DNA from: a virus
Length of the DNA stretch: 64,000 bases
IMG/VR virus record: IMGVR_UViG_3300027782_000032
Coordinates: 96,001 to 160,000 of that record
Strand: one strand, 5' to 3'
Below the pieces are notes generated by a model. It had not been told where the DNA came from. It ran no database searches and worked only from the letters and a program-made list of their open reading frames with translations. This document shows positions 9,757-17,772 of this stretch, piece after piece. The stretch's first letter is position 1. The number at the start of each line of letters is the position of its first letter. The position numbers were made by a program, and so were the translations under genes.

Positions 9757-10095
9757 CTAGTGTTGTTGTCCCATGTTGAGTTTCATAAGCGTCAACCCAG
9801 CCGCTACTAATAACGAACCTAGGACAACATACTTATTAACATTAAGCCCATAAAATACAAGTGGAACTATGTAATCAATAGATATTACCGAGAACTCCCA
9901 GCAAAGGCTAAACAAAAAGATGCGCTCTTTGTTGTCTACAAACCTGACACCAAGTACCCACAATGTGGATACGAGTAACCCTACCCCTATAGATAGAATA
10001 GGATAATACCAAGCGTTTCTGATTAGGTCGGTGTAGCAGAAGATTAGGGAAGAGGTATAAAGCACCATAACTGCAAGAATGATTAACCATTCCAT
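9757..10095 (-). CDS. Small four-TM membrane protein, SMR/DMT-like
   Basis: 112 aa, four hydrophobic helices, C-terminal LGSLLVAAGLTLM typical of SMR/DMT. Confidence 0.55.
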   Translation of the reverse strand: MEWLIILAVMVLYTSSLIFCYTDLIRNAWYYPILSIGVGLLVSTLWVLGVRFVDNKERIFLFSLCWEFSVISIDYIVPLVFYGLNVNKYVVLGSLLVAAGLTLMKLNMGQQH

Positions 10096-10153
10096 AGTCT
10101 AAGCACCTCAATAAAAGAGTTAACTATAATGGTACCCTATAACTGGCTATGGC

Positions 10154-10194
10154 TGATAGCTAAAAAAAGAGCAGTTTAACGTCCTGCTCAGGAC
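10154..10194 (-). terminator. Cassette A intrinsic terminator with junction motif (T)7AGCTATCA
   Basis: GAGCAG/CTGCTC stem next to A7 and TGATAGCT on the plus strand. Confidence 0.75.
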
Positions 10195-10200
10195 GGGTGG

Positions 10201-10590
10201 TTAGTAAGAAGGAGATTGAACTCTTCTCTCTATTCGTTCCCAAGCACCATCGTGCAAATCAACGTCGTAAGCTGATACAGCGTTGATAATTGCCTTAGAC
10301 AGAGACTTAGAGTCTCTACCGAAGTTGATGTTTATACGATGCTTTGTGACAGCTATTATAACATTCCCTGGTGTTATGACCATTACCTCCCATGGAGCTA
10401 GGTCAACCACCTGTGCCCAAGTATCCGAAAACAGCTTCCATTCTTCCGTCACTACTCTGAGACGTCCTTTGAAGTCGTCAAAGTCATGACTTGGGTTATA
10501 TTCCCCTGCAATTGAAGCCATGTGATTTGCCACCGACTGGAACACGTCGTTTATGTTCGCTTCGTTTAATCCAATGTTCAATATGTACAT
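10201..10590 (-). CDS. Hypothetical protein (cassette A)
   Basis: 129 aa, RBS AAGGAG, own promoter and terminator. Confidence 0.7.
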   Translation of the reverse strand: MYILNIGLNEANINDVFQSVANHMASIAGEYNPSHDFDDFKGRLRVVTEEWKLFSDTWAQVVDLAPWEVMVITPGNVIIAVTKHRININFGRDSKSLSKAIINAVSAYDVDLHDGAWERIERRVQSPSY

Positions 10591-10682
10591 AACTCTATCT
10601 CCTTAAAATATAAACATGCAAACACAGCCAACGAAAAGTTCGTAGGACTGCTCACGTTTTTACAGGTACGTGTAACCACTAT

Positions 10683-10710
10683 ATTATGACGCACTTATGG
10701 GTTGGATTAA
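10683..10710 (-). promoter_or_regulatory. Conserved cassette promoter A, TTAATC-N16-CATAAT
   Basis: Six copies in the window share TWAATY-N12-(G/A)CGT/GTGT-CATAAT at constant spacing. Confidence 0.7.
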
Positions 10711-10726
10711 GTGGAGACGTCTCCAT
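10711..10726. promoter_or_regulatory. Palindrome site 2, abutting the -35-like element of promoter A
   Basis: GTGGAGACGTCTCCAT. Confidence 0.8.
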
Positions 10727-10730
10727 TGGC

Positions 10731-10762
10731 TGATAGCTAAAAAAAAGCAGGATGATCCTGCT
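10731..10762 (-). terminator. Cassette B terminator with junction motif
   Basis: TGATAGCT-A-tract then AGCAGG/CCTGCT stem. Confidence 0.75.
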
Positions 10763-10768
10763 CTCGGG

Positions 10769-11146
10769 TTACCCCTCTTGACCAACGACTCCCCACAGAC
10801 TGAAAGGAGAAATCTCCTTCCACTCGGTAATGTCGTTTGACCGCATGGGCTTCCACCCATTTGCACGGTCCAAGCACATGGTAATGTGCTTGCGGACGTT
10901 CCGACTAGGAACGTCCGTATCGACTTCAACGGCCATTACGCCGTCGAGTCGACCGACACGAACTACTTTTAGTTCGTGTCGTTGACCATTGAGATCCTGT
11001 GCCATACTGTTACATATGGGAAGAAGGTCAACGGTCATATGGTGGCATATGACCTCGAAGTGTTTGGGCACTTCGAGGTTTGCGTGCATCCACGCCACCA
11101 AGATGGATACACTGTCCTTTTCAAGGACGCAAGCCGTGTAGGCCAT
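10769..11146 (-). CDS. 2H phosphoesterase (tRNA-ligase CPD-like), cassette B
   Basis: Two HxT motifs (CHHMTV, KHITM) plus G.KP..SN.I..W; start moved to MAYTAC, which has RBS AGGAG. Confidence 0.7.
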   Translation of the reverse strand: MAYTACVLEKDSVSILVAWMHANLEVPKHFEVICHHMTVDLLPICNSMAQDLNGQRHELKVVRVGRLDGVMAVEVDTDVPSRNVRKHITMCLDRANGWKPMRSNDITEWKEISPFSLWGVVGQEG

Positions 11147-11212
11147 TTTTAGTCTCCTAAAAATAAGACGAGGCGCCATCTATTTGATGACTGGTACCTA
11201 TACTTGCACCTT

Positions 11213-11240
11213 ATTATGACACACTTATGGGTTGGATTAA
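11213..11240 (-). promoter_or_regulatory. Conserved cassette promoter B
   Basis: Identical to promoter A except one base. Confidence 0.7.
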
Positions 11241-11256
11241 GTGGAGACGTCTCCAC
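11241..11256. promoter_or_regulatory. Palindrome site 3, abutting promoter B
   Basis: AGTGGAGACGTCTCCACT at 11240-11257. Confidence 0.8.
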
Positions 11257-11260
11257 TATG

Positions 11261-11305
11261 TGATAGCTAAAAAAAGACCAACAGCATAAAGCTGATGGTC
11301 TTTTT
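11261..11305 (-). terminator. Cassette C terminator (bidirectional-looking) with junction motif
   Basis: AAAAAGACCA-ACAGC-ATAAA-GCTG-A-TGGTCTTTTT. Confidence 0.8.
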
Positions 11306-11320
11306 AGTTTGGTTAAATGA

Positions 11321-12118
11321 CTACTTGCAGGTTCTGCACACTCTGAAGCAAAGTCGTGTACGGTCATCTCTGCCGAACCAGCCTTCTGATTCGGTTGGAA
11401 ACATAGATTTGTCATATCCGCCTGATAGAACTACCACTCTTTTCCATTCTATAGCATCAAGATTAGGCACCTTGATCGTAGTTTCCTTATATTTAGTTAC
11501 TTTATACCTTTTATAACCAAGCTTCTTTCCTGCTCCACCTGCAATACATTTAATCTCCTCTCCTGGCTGAGGGCCCTTAGGGTTATATTTAGGTATTTCA
11601 ATACCAGTAGGTGCTCCAGGGTACTCTTCGCTTACCTCTAAGTTCTCTAGGCCTGGGATCCCTGTAGTGTAGTTGCAGCTGTTAAACCGAGACCACGATT
11701 TACCATTCCAGTGGTGGTAACAATAGCTAGAGTACCCTTCATAGCTATAATCCTGACACCACTCGCCTATGGGGTGACTTCTTCGGGCAGTACCTAAAAC
11801 AGAACGTACCCAGGTAAGCTCCAACTCAGCCTGAGTTGGTAGCCTAAATACTGACTTGTTTATCCTACTTTTATTTAGCCGGGTTATGAACTCCTGGCAA
11901 TCATACCAAGACACGCTGGTTATAGGGTCGTCATGGTTTGCGTTCCAAGGGATAGTCTCAGTAGACCACCACTTTCCAGATTTAGTCCTGTTCATACCCA
12001 GCTCATACCACCTCTTTATAGTTATCATAGGTGATATAGCAAACTCTGATACTATTACTGGGTGTCTATACCATCTATCTATAAAACTTCCTTTAAATCT
12101 AACTAGAGTAGACATCAT
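11321..12118 (-). CDS. FGE-sulfatase (formylglycine-generating enzyme-like) domain protein, cassette C
   Basis: PITSVSWYDCQEF..RLPTQAELE..GEWCQD..GG..FRV; RBS AGGAGG. Confidence 0.75.
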   Translation of the reverse strand: MMSTLVRFKGSFIDRWYRHPVIVSEFAISPMITIKRWYELGMNRTKSGKWWSTETIPWNANHDDPITSVSWYDCQEFITRLNKSRINKSVFRLPTQAELELTWVRSVLGTARRSHPIGEWCQDYSYEGYSSYCYHHWNGKSWSRFNSCNYTTGIPGLENLEVSEEYPGAPTGIEIPKYNPKGPQPGEEIKCIAGGAGKKLGYKRYKVTKYKETTIKVPNLDAIEWKRVVVLSGGYDKSMFPTESEGWFGRDDRTRLCFRVCRTCK

Positions 12119-12191
12119 ACCTCCTGCTTAACAGCGTCAAAGAATAGCTCTCTGACCAGCCCCCGTTTTTACAGGTACGGGTAACCATTAT

Positions 12192-12219
12192 ATTATGACG
12201 CGTTTATAAGACCAATTAA
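12192..12219 (-). promoter_or_regulatory. Conserved cassette promoter C, TTAATT-N16-CATAAT
   Basis: Same consensus; shares a 38-nt leader/-10 block with cassette A. Confidence 0.7.
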
Positions 12220-12238
12220 CATAACGAGATATGATGTG

Positions 12239-12282
12239 TGATAGCTAAAAAAGAAACACACCATGCCCGAAGGCATGATGTG
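12239..12282 (-). terminator. Cassette D terminator with junction motif
   Basis: TGATAGCT-A6 then CATGCC-CGAA-GGCATG stem. Confidence 0.7.
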
Positions 12283-12291
12283 ATCCTTGAA

Positions 12292-12609
12292 TTACGCAAT
12301 CCTTCTTGGGGATTGCTTGATCCACTGCACGACCTCATCCCAGCTCTCGCTGGAGAATTGGTCTTGCTGTGAGTTTGACGACATGTACATACAGCATGAG
12401 TCATCCCAGTCGTTAAGCAACACACAGCTGAACTGCTGCGACTCGGTGTCACAGTCAACCATAACACCGCAGAGTCGCTTAGTACTCTTAATCTGGGCAG
12501 AGCTGCTGCCGTATCCAACCACACGTTTGAACCCTGCTCTACGCAGGGAGTCAGACAGTTTAACGCAGGGCAATAAAGATCTTACTAAAGTAGTCACGAG
12601 AACCTCCAT
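12292..12609 (-). CDS. Hypothetical protein (cassette D)
   Basis: 105 aa between its own promoter and terminator; visibly more GC-rich than the backbone. Confidence 0.6.
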   Translation of the reverse strand: MEVLVTTLVRSLLPCVKLSDSLRRAGFKRVVGYGSSSAQIKSTKRLCGVMVDCDTESQQFSCVLLNDWDDSCCMYMSSNSQQDQFSSESWDEVVQWIKQSPRRIA

Positions 12610-12674
12610 GTAGCTAATAATAACGCAGGCGATGAACTTTAGAGCTCATCTACTAATACCTACGTATACACCTC

Positions 12675-12702
12675 ATTATGACGCACTTATTGGTTGAATT
12701 AA
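12675..12702 (-). promoter_or_regulatory. Conserved cassette promoter D
   Basis: TTAATT-CAACCAATAAGTGCGT-CATAAT on the minus strand. Confidence 0.7.
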
Positions 12703-12828
12703 GTTAAGCTAGGTAAGATGGTTCTTAGCTACAAGTCTTGTAGCCAGGCTACAAAAGCACGTCGCTGGCGACGAAAACGTAACATAAGGTAACGGTCACA
12801 TTATGTTACTTGACAATGAGCTGGTTAC

Positions 12829-12869
12829 TGATAGCTAAAAAAAGAGCAGTTTAACGTCCTGCTCAGGAC
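12829..12869 (-). terminator. Cassette E terminator with junction motif
   Basis: 42 nt identical to the cassette A terminator (10153-10194 = 12828-12869). Confidence 0.8.
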
Positions 12870-12875
12870 AGGTGG

Positions 12876-13244
12876 CTAAGCGACTATGTCGGACCAGCCT
12901 CTCAAGTCTGAACGATGTGAAGAAGACTTAGTGGCTATTGCACACAGTTCTTCTACGTCGTTACCGTTAAGGAAAGCTGAGACAAACTTCACCACTCCCG
13001 TCCATGAGTACAACCTGTACTCATAGTCGGCTGGAACACCGCTCAAACCCAAGCTGTCGACTAGTCTTGGACCGCATAGAAACGTAGTGACTAAATATCT
13101 CCCGTCGTCATCCGCCTCAGCCACCAACGCAGATCTATTGGACTCTACGCTAGGAGCAATTAAAGCAGACGAGTAGCTCCTTGACTTTCTAATCTGGTCT
13201 TTAAAGCCTGGTAAATTAGCGTGTAGTTTCTCAATAATAGTCAT
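12876..13244 (-). CDS. Hypothetical protein (cassette E)
   Basis: Start moved to MTIIEK (RBS AAAGGAG); the longer track start overlaps the promoter. Confidence 0.65.
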   Translation of the reverse strand: MTIIEKLHANLPGFKDQIRKSRSYSSALIAPSVESNRSALVAEADDDGRYLVTTFLCGPRLVDSLGLSGVPADYEYRLYSWTGVVKFVSAFLNGNDVEELCAIATKSSSHRSDLRGWSDIVA

Positions 13245-13337
13245 GGTTATTTCTCCTTTAATGAGGGCTACCACAGCCGGTAAGTACAACAGTGCAAGCG
13301 CTCTTACTGAGCTCCTGAACACTATCGTATTCAACTC

Positions 13338-13365
13338 ATTATGACGCACTTATGGGTTGGATTAA
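13338..13365 (-). promoter_or_regulatory. Conserved cassette promoter E
   Basis: 43-nt promoter+palindrome block identical to cassette A. Confidence 0.7.
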
Positions 13366-13381
13366 GTGGAGACGTCTCCAC
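13366..13381. promoter_or_regulatory. Palindrome site 4, abutting promoter E
   Basis: AGTGGAGACGTCTCCACT at 13365-13382. Confidence 0.8.
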
Positions 13382-13400
13382 TAGCCGTCCTATAAAATAA

Positions 13401-13432
13401 TAGGACAGTAGGACGATAGGACAGTAGGACAA
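13401..13432. repeat. TAGGAC(AG/GA) octamer tandem x4
   Basis: TAGGAC at 13401, 13409, 13417, 13425; inverted GTCCTA at 13387. Confidence 0.8.
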
Positions 13433-13448
13433 TTACTGTTGATTAGGA

Positions 13449-13814
13449 TTAAGCCTTGATGCCGCCTATGTCTGTACGCACAATGTCGTGCTCAGATAGC
13501 TCAGACCAATAGATCTCCAAAGCTTCAGTCTCTTCTATAGCTTCGAACTTATGGTTCAAGCCAGGCGGTATCTTAATGCACTCGGTAGGTCTAAGAATGA
13601 TGGTGCTTTTTATAGTACCGTCTGGGTTGTAGCAGCTGACCATCAGCTTACCCGAGACTATATAGAATTGATTCCACTTGTGCTGGTGAAAGTGATTAGA
13701 GCAGTATCCACCTTTGAGAATATGTATGTGGCAGATTTGAAAGGAGTTGTCTAAATGAATGATATGGTTTCGGCCCCATAACTTCTCCTCTTGTCTTACA
13801 GCTAGAACATCCAT
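13449..13814 (-). CDS. Cupin-fold protein (sugar isomerase/epimerase-like)
   Basis: SNHFHQHKWNQFYIVSG ... IPPGLNHKF cupin motifs. Confidence 0.75.
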   Translation of the reverse strand: MDVLAVRQEEKLWGRNHIIHLDNSFQICHIHILKGGYCSNHFHQHKWNQFYIVSGKLMVSCYNPDGTIKSTIILRPTECIKIPPGLNHKFEAIEETEALEIYWSELSEHDIVRTDIGGIKA

Positions 13815-13817
13815 GAG

Positions 13818-14858
13818 TTAACCCTCTATGATCTTCTTCCAAGATGCATTGAATTTGTTACGCTTAATCTTACGTCCAATCTTAGTGTTCTTGTTAAGGT
13901 CTGCTAAGCCATGATTAATAATATCTGCAGCTAAATTAAAGAACCTATTCGCATCAGGCTTAGCAAACACTATACCATTGGTCGATCCGCCCTGATCACA
14001 TGGTACTAATATTCCGTTAGAGCCATCAACTATTATATTTGATATTGGAGGTATGTTATAAGCTATAACAGGAGTACCCATGTACAAAGACTCTATGCCA
14101 ACTAAACCAAACCCTTCAATCTCAGCAGGCCATATGACTAGATCGTGGTTTCCGTACAGCAGCAAGGAGCTTACACATGTGGTTGTGTCTATAATCGGAT
14201 TTATCTGATGGTTCTTTTTAAAGAAGTGCCTTAGTTCTCTAACCACCTCCCAAGACATACACCTAGGGCTGTACGATATAGACAGCTCAGCATGAGGGCA
14301 CAGCTTGTTTACACCAATGGCTACATCAAACAATGCATCCATGTCACATCTAAGGCCTTGGCTAGAGTGCAGAGGTATGAGTACCTTAGGCTTAGAAGTG
14401 TCTACTCCTCCAATGTCTTTCCTGGTAACAGGTATCAAACTGTCCCACTCAACAGTGGATACATTCTTAAGATCAAAGTCCTTCTTTAGAGTCTCTGCAT
14501 TACTAGGGCTTGGAGCTACAGTATGCGCACATAGCTTAAATGACTTCCTACTATAAGCTGGAAGGCAGTCCCAAGGGGCTAGAGCTATTGTTACTATGTT
14601 CTTACCGACCTTGTGTATTAGATCCTTGTCAGGTGGCACAGGCCATATGATGTGAGTAATACCTTTGAGCCACTGCTCGTAGCTCATGACGTCAGGCGTA
14701 ACTACAACCGAATCCCAATCACAGCCGTATGTGTGTCCTCGTTTGAGCTTACTAAACAAAGTAGTCTCATACCCTATAGAACGCAATGAATCAGACAAAC
14801 GCATTGCCGCATATACGGCATCGTGAGGCTTGTACTGAATATCGAATCCTATTCTCAT
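13818..14858 (-). CDS. GT4-like (GT-B) glycosyltransferase
   Basis: WPAEIEGFGLVGIESLYMGTPVIAY...IVDGSNG signature. Confidence 0.85.
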   Translation of the reverse strand: MRIGFDIQYKPHDAVYAAMRLSDSLRSIGYETTLFSKLKRGHTYGCDWDSVVVTPDVMSYEQWLKGITHIIWPVPPDKDLIHKVGKNIVTIALAPWDCLPAYSRKSFKLCAHTVAPSPSNAETLKKDFDLKNVSTVEWDSLIPVTRKDIGGVDTSKPKVLIPLHSSQGLRCDMDALFDVAIGVNKLCPHAELSISYSPRCMSWEVVRELRHFFKKNHQINPIIDTTTCVSSLLLYGNHDLVIWPAEIEGFGLVGIESLYMGTPVIAYNIPPISNIIVDGSNGILVPCDQGGSTNGIVFAKPDANRFFNLAADIINHGLADLNKNTKIGRKIKRNKFNASWKKIIEG

Positions 14859-14868
14859 ACTGGGCCTA

Positions 14869-15495
14869 TCAATTATGCGTGAACAGGTAGCCTTCTACCT
14901 TGGCAGGTTTGAACTCTGGTAAATTTGAAAGGTTCTTTACAAAAAACCAGTCAGCAGCAAAGTCATCGCTGTCCCATTTAACCTTACTGCACAAGCAAGA
15001 GCTTGCTATCCAAGCGCCTCCGTCAATCAAACCTCTCTTTAAAGAAGTATTAACTGGAGACCACAACTTGTGACTATGTACCATGTTGCAGTAAACGAAG
15101 CTAGCCTTATCGGAGTAAGCTTTAGACAGCATCCATTCAAAGTATACAGGAACATACCAGCAGTCTGCATTCATAGTGCATAGCCAGTCGCATCCGTCAT
15201 TGACTGCCTTGTCTAATCCAGGCTGTCTCATGCTATGACCGTGCTTTCCAACCCTAGAAGAAGTACATGATAAGTCAAACCTTGCGTCTTCTCCTATTGC
15301 TAGCTTGCAGTTAGCTAAAGCCTTGGTGTCTAGCCAAGGACCATCGTGTGATATATAAGCTTTGAAGTTGTGATAGGTCTGAGCCTTTAACGCGTATATG
15401 AGGGAAGACAGTGAGTTGGCTTGATTGTACGTAACTAATGATATGCCTATCTTAGCGCTGGCTGGTATGTTTGACTTAGGCTTCCAGTACCTCAT
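14869..15495 (-). CDS. GT2 glycosyltransferase
   Basis: ISLVTYNQ..QTYHNF..ISHDGP..HGHSMR..TMNADCWY. Confidence 0.75.
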   Translation of the reverse strand: MRYWKPKSNIPASAKIGISLVTYNQANSLSSLIYALKAQTYHNFKAYISHDGPWLDTKALANCKLAIGEDARFDLSCTSSRVGKHGHSMRQPGLDKAVNDGCDWLCTMNADCWYVPVYFEWMLSKAYSDKASFVYCNMVHSHKLWSPVNTSLKRGLIDGGAWIASSCLCSKVKWDSDDFAADWFFVKNLSNLPEFKPAKVEGYLFTHN

Positions 15496-16241
15496 GAGTC
15501 TCTCCTCAAATGTCCTTTTCCTGCTCCTTTACCACTAGGCTTTCTAGTAACGCCACGGTAATGAAACACGAAGCTTGAGCAAGCTACTGCACTTGTTATA
15601 CCTAGCTTCTTCCACCTTCCCATTAACTCGTCTTCATTACGAGTCATCTTGTACTTTGGATTGAAGAACAAGCCTGGGCTCATAGCTCCCATCAGCCAAG
15701 TGGTTGCTTTAGCAGCTATGCAGAAACCGTTTAGAGGTGAACTTACAGTTTTGCCTGAATGAAGACGAAGCAACTCAGACGACACCTTTGATATGTAGAC
15801 GTCTGAGTCGCTAACTTTAAACTCTGGGTAGTACTTAATGACGTTTTGGCTAGCTCTGTGGCCCGGCGCATTCGTCGTCGGACCCACTACGCCTGCGCCG
15901 CCTTCTAGAGCCTCTTCGATTCCCAGCATCCAGTTCGGTGGAAACTTCAGGTCTGAGTTCCCCGCTACTATTATCTTGGGGTTTTGGGTCAACGCTAGCT
16001 GTATTCCCTTGTTCCACGACCTTGTCAGGTTCTTGTCGTTCTTCTCGAACCTGTACAGGAGCAGCCGGTGCTTCGGATACTTCTCCCATATGGCAGGATT
16101 CCACAACGGGCTCCCGTCGTCCACAAGTACCGCCAAGCTGTTCGCAGAGCTCGCCAGCAGGCTTTCCACAGCTATCTTCGCATAATCGAACTGATTGTAC
16201 GTCGGTATTACAACAGCCACCAGAGGCTGGAAACGTCTCAA
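15492..16241 (-). CDS. GT2 glycosyltransferase; 5' 392 nt overlap the upstream ORF
   Basis: VVIPTYNQ..LVDDGS..SWNKG..GNSD..VVGP..GFC..FHYRG; TTG start uncertain. Confidence 0.8.
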   Translation of the reverse strand: MRRFQPLVAVVIPTYNQFDYAKIAVESLLASSANSLAVLVDDGSPLWNPAIWEKYPKHRLLLYRFEKNDKNLTRSWNKGIQLALTQNPKIIVAGNSDLKFPPNWMLGIEEALEGGAGVVGPTTNAPGHRASQNVIKYYPEFKVSDSDVYISKVSSELLRLHSGKTVSSPLNGFCIAAKATTWLMGAMSPGLFFNPKYKMTRNEDELMGRWKKLGITSAVACSSFVFHYRGVTRKPSGKGAGKGHLRRDS

Positions 16242-17763
16242 CAGCTACTGGGCTGGCCTCCTCCTCTTTAGCTGACTTAGTTTCAATAGCTTCATCAATT
16301 GAAGGCACATTGTCGATGAAAGTGTCGATTGGATTAAACTCTTGAGGCTCAGGATCAGGTAGTGGAGACGCCTCCAATAGGAGCAGCTCTTTAAGTCCTT
16401 CAAGCTTTGTTGGAGTCAGCTGGTAATCACAAGATGCTAGAATGCACCTTACGTGCCCTCCTTCAACTTCGTCAGAAGGTAAAACTTCTTCTAAAGTAAC
16501 TCCGTAGTTGTCCTTTAGGATACTGTAAGACTTGCTAAGGAAAGCTGAACCTATTGAGTAGTTAGATTGAATGCAGTTGTTTATTACTATCTTAGTTCCT
16601 GGCACGCACAGCCTAAGTATGTGTGCAAAATCAGACGCTATAGTCTCTGGTGACCTGCCGCCATCAATGCTTACTATGGTAACGTTAGGCATGTCAGCGG
16701 TTGCGGTTGGTAGGGTTTCTCTAGTATCACCTTTGATAAGCTGAACTAAGCTAGCACCTGCAGCTGTAATCTTCTGTCTAGCTAAATCCCTGCTTGCTGG
16801 ATCATGCTGGCCCTTTAGGTGCTCCCTTTCTTTAATCTGTTCCGTAGCTTTTTCAAACATGTCAAAACCGTAGAACTCAATGTTAGTCCTACCAAGCCTC
16901 TTAGCTAAAGCTACTAAGGTAGCTGACCTGTCTGCGTTATGTACGCCAATATCGAGTATGCGGTAAGGCTTATTCTTCTTACTTTCGTTAATAGTGGAAT
17001 TAACTGCTAAAGTAAGGTGATCGTATCTGCTCATCTCTGACTCCTTGTTAAAAGGTAACTCTATTCCAGACCTATAATACTTAGATATGTCTTTAGGCTT
17101 TGGAAGCTTAGACAAACCAAGCTCTTTTCTAAACTGTGCATAATCCTCTTGATGCACGTCTCCGCCACATCCCAACAATGGATATAGCGACAATACAGCT
17201 ACGCCTGCCTTCTCTCTAGCTAGCCTCCTAGCTTTATAAGTCCATAGTCTATACTCTCTATAGACTTCTGAAGCAGATAAACCATGAAACTGAATATGCT
17301 GGTCATGCCCGTGATGGTCACCAGCTATATCGCCTAGGTCTACTCCGACTAGAATAACAGATCTAGCACCCATGCGACAGGCTAAATCAATAGCTGTTAG
17401 CTGTATTCCTTTTCCAAGGAACAAAGTATCAGACTTACCACCTATGAACTCCTTCCATTCATAAGAGGTATAAAACACATATATTGACGGGTCATTAAGC
17501 CGTAAAAACGTTGGAGCTTTATGCTTCACTAGCCACTTAGTTGGCTTTACCTTTTTAGCTTTAACAAGCTCTCTATATTCAACCTCAAGCTCTGGATGCA
17601 CAGTTATGCTGTACATAGGTTCAATAAGCTTATAGGCTTGATTAAGACCTATCGTTACTCTTCCTTTAAAGAAATTCTTTGGAAACAACCTAGCTGTAGG
17701 CCCTGTTCCAACCACATATATGTCTGCACCAACGTGCTTCTTAATTAAAGTATTTATTCTCAT
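15850..17763 (-). CDS. DUF115/MptE-like (GT-associated) domain fused to a class I SAM methyltransferase, with an acidic/Cys/Arg-rich tail
   Basis: YVVGTGPT..IGLN..LVGVD (N-terminal); ILDIGVHNA..YGFDMF..IKGDT..IDGG (methyltransferase); internal AAGGAG-N6-ATG at 17034. Confidence 0.65.
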   Translation of the reverse strand: MRINTLIKKHVGADIYVVGTGPTARLFPKNFFKGRVTIGLNQAYKLIEPMYSITVHPELEVEYRELVKAKKVKPTKWLVKHKAPTFLRLNDPSIYVFYTSYEWKEFIGGKSDTLFLGKGIQLTAIDLACRMGARSVILVGVDLGDIAGDHHGHDQHIQFHGLSASEVYREYRLWTYKARRLAREKAGVAVLSLYPLLGCGGDVHQEDYAQFRKELGLSKLPKPKDISKYYRSGIELPFNKESEMSRYDHLTLAVNSTINESKKNKPYRILDIGVHNADRSATLVALAKRLGRTNIEFYGFDMFEKATEQIKEREHLKGQHDPASRDLARQKITAAGASLVQLIKGDTRETLPTATADMPNVTIVSIDGGRSPETIASDFAHILRLCVPGTKIVINNCIQSNYSIGSAFLSKSYSILKDNYGVTLEEVLPSDEVEGGHVRCILASCDYQLTPTKLEGLKELLLLEASPLPDPEPQEFNPIDTFIDNVPSIDEAIETKSAKEEEASPVAVETFPASGGCCNTDVQSVRLCEDSCGKPAGELCEQLGGTCGRREPVVESCHMGEVSEAPAAPVQVREERQEPDKVVEQGNTASVDPKPQDNSSGELRPEVSTELDAGNRRGSRRRRRRSGSDDECAGPQS

Positions 17764-17772
17764 TGATCACCG

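Noticed and set aside
10153-13382. CRISPR array or integron interpretation of the repeated blocks
   Set aside because: The intervals are gene-sized and irregular, there are no cas genes, no integrase and no attC-type RYYYAAC/GTTRRRY boxes. The repeats are promoters and terminators.
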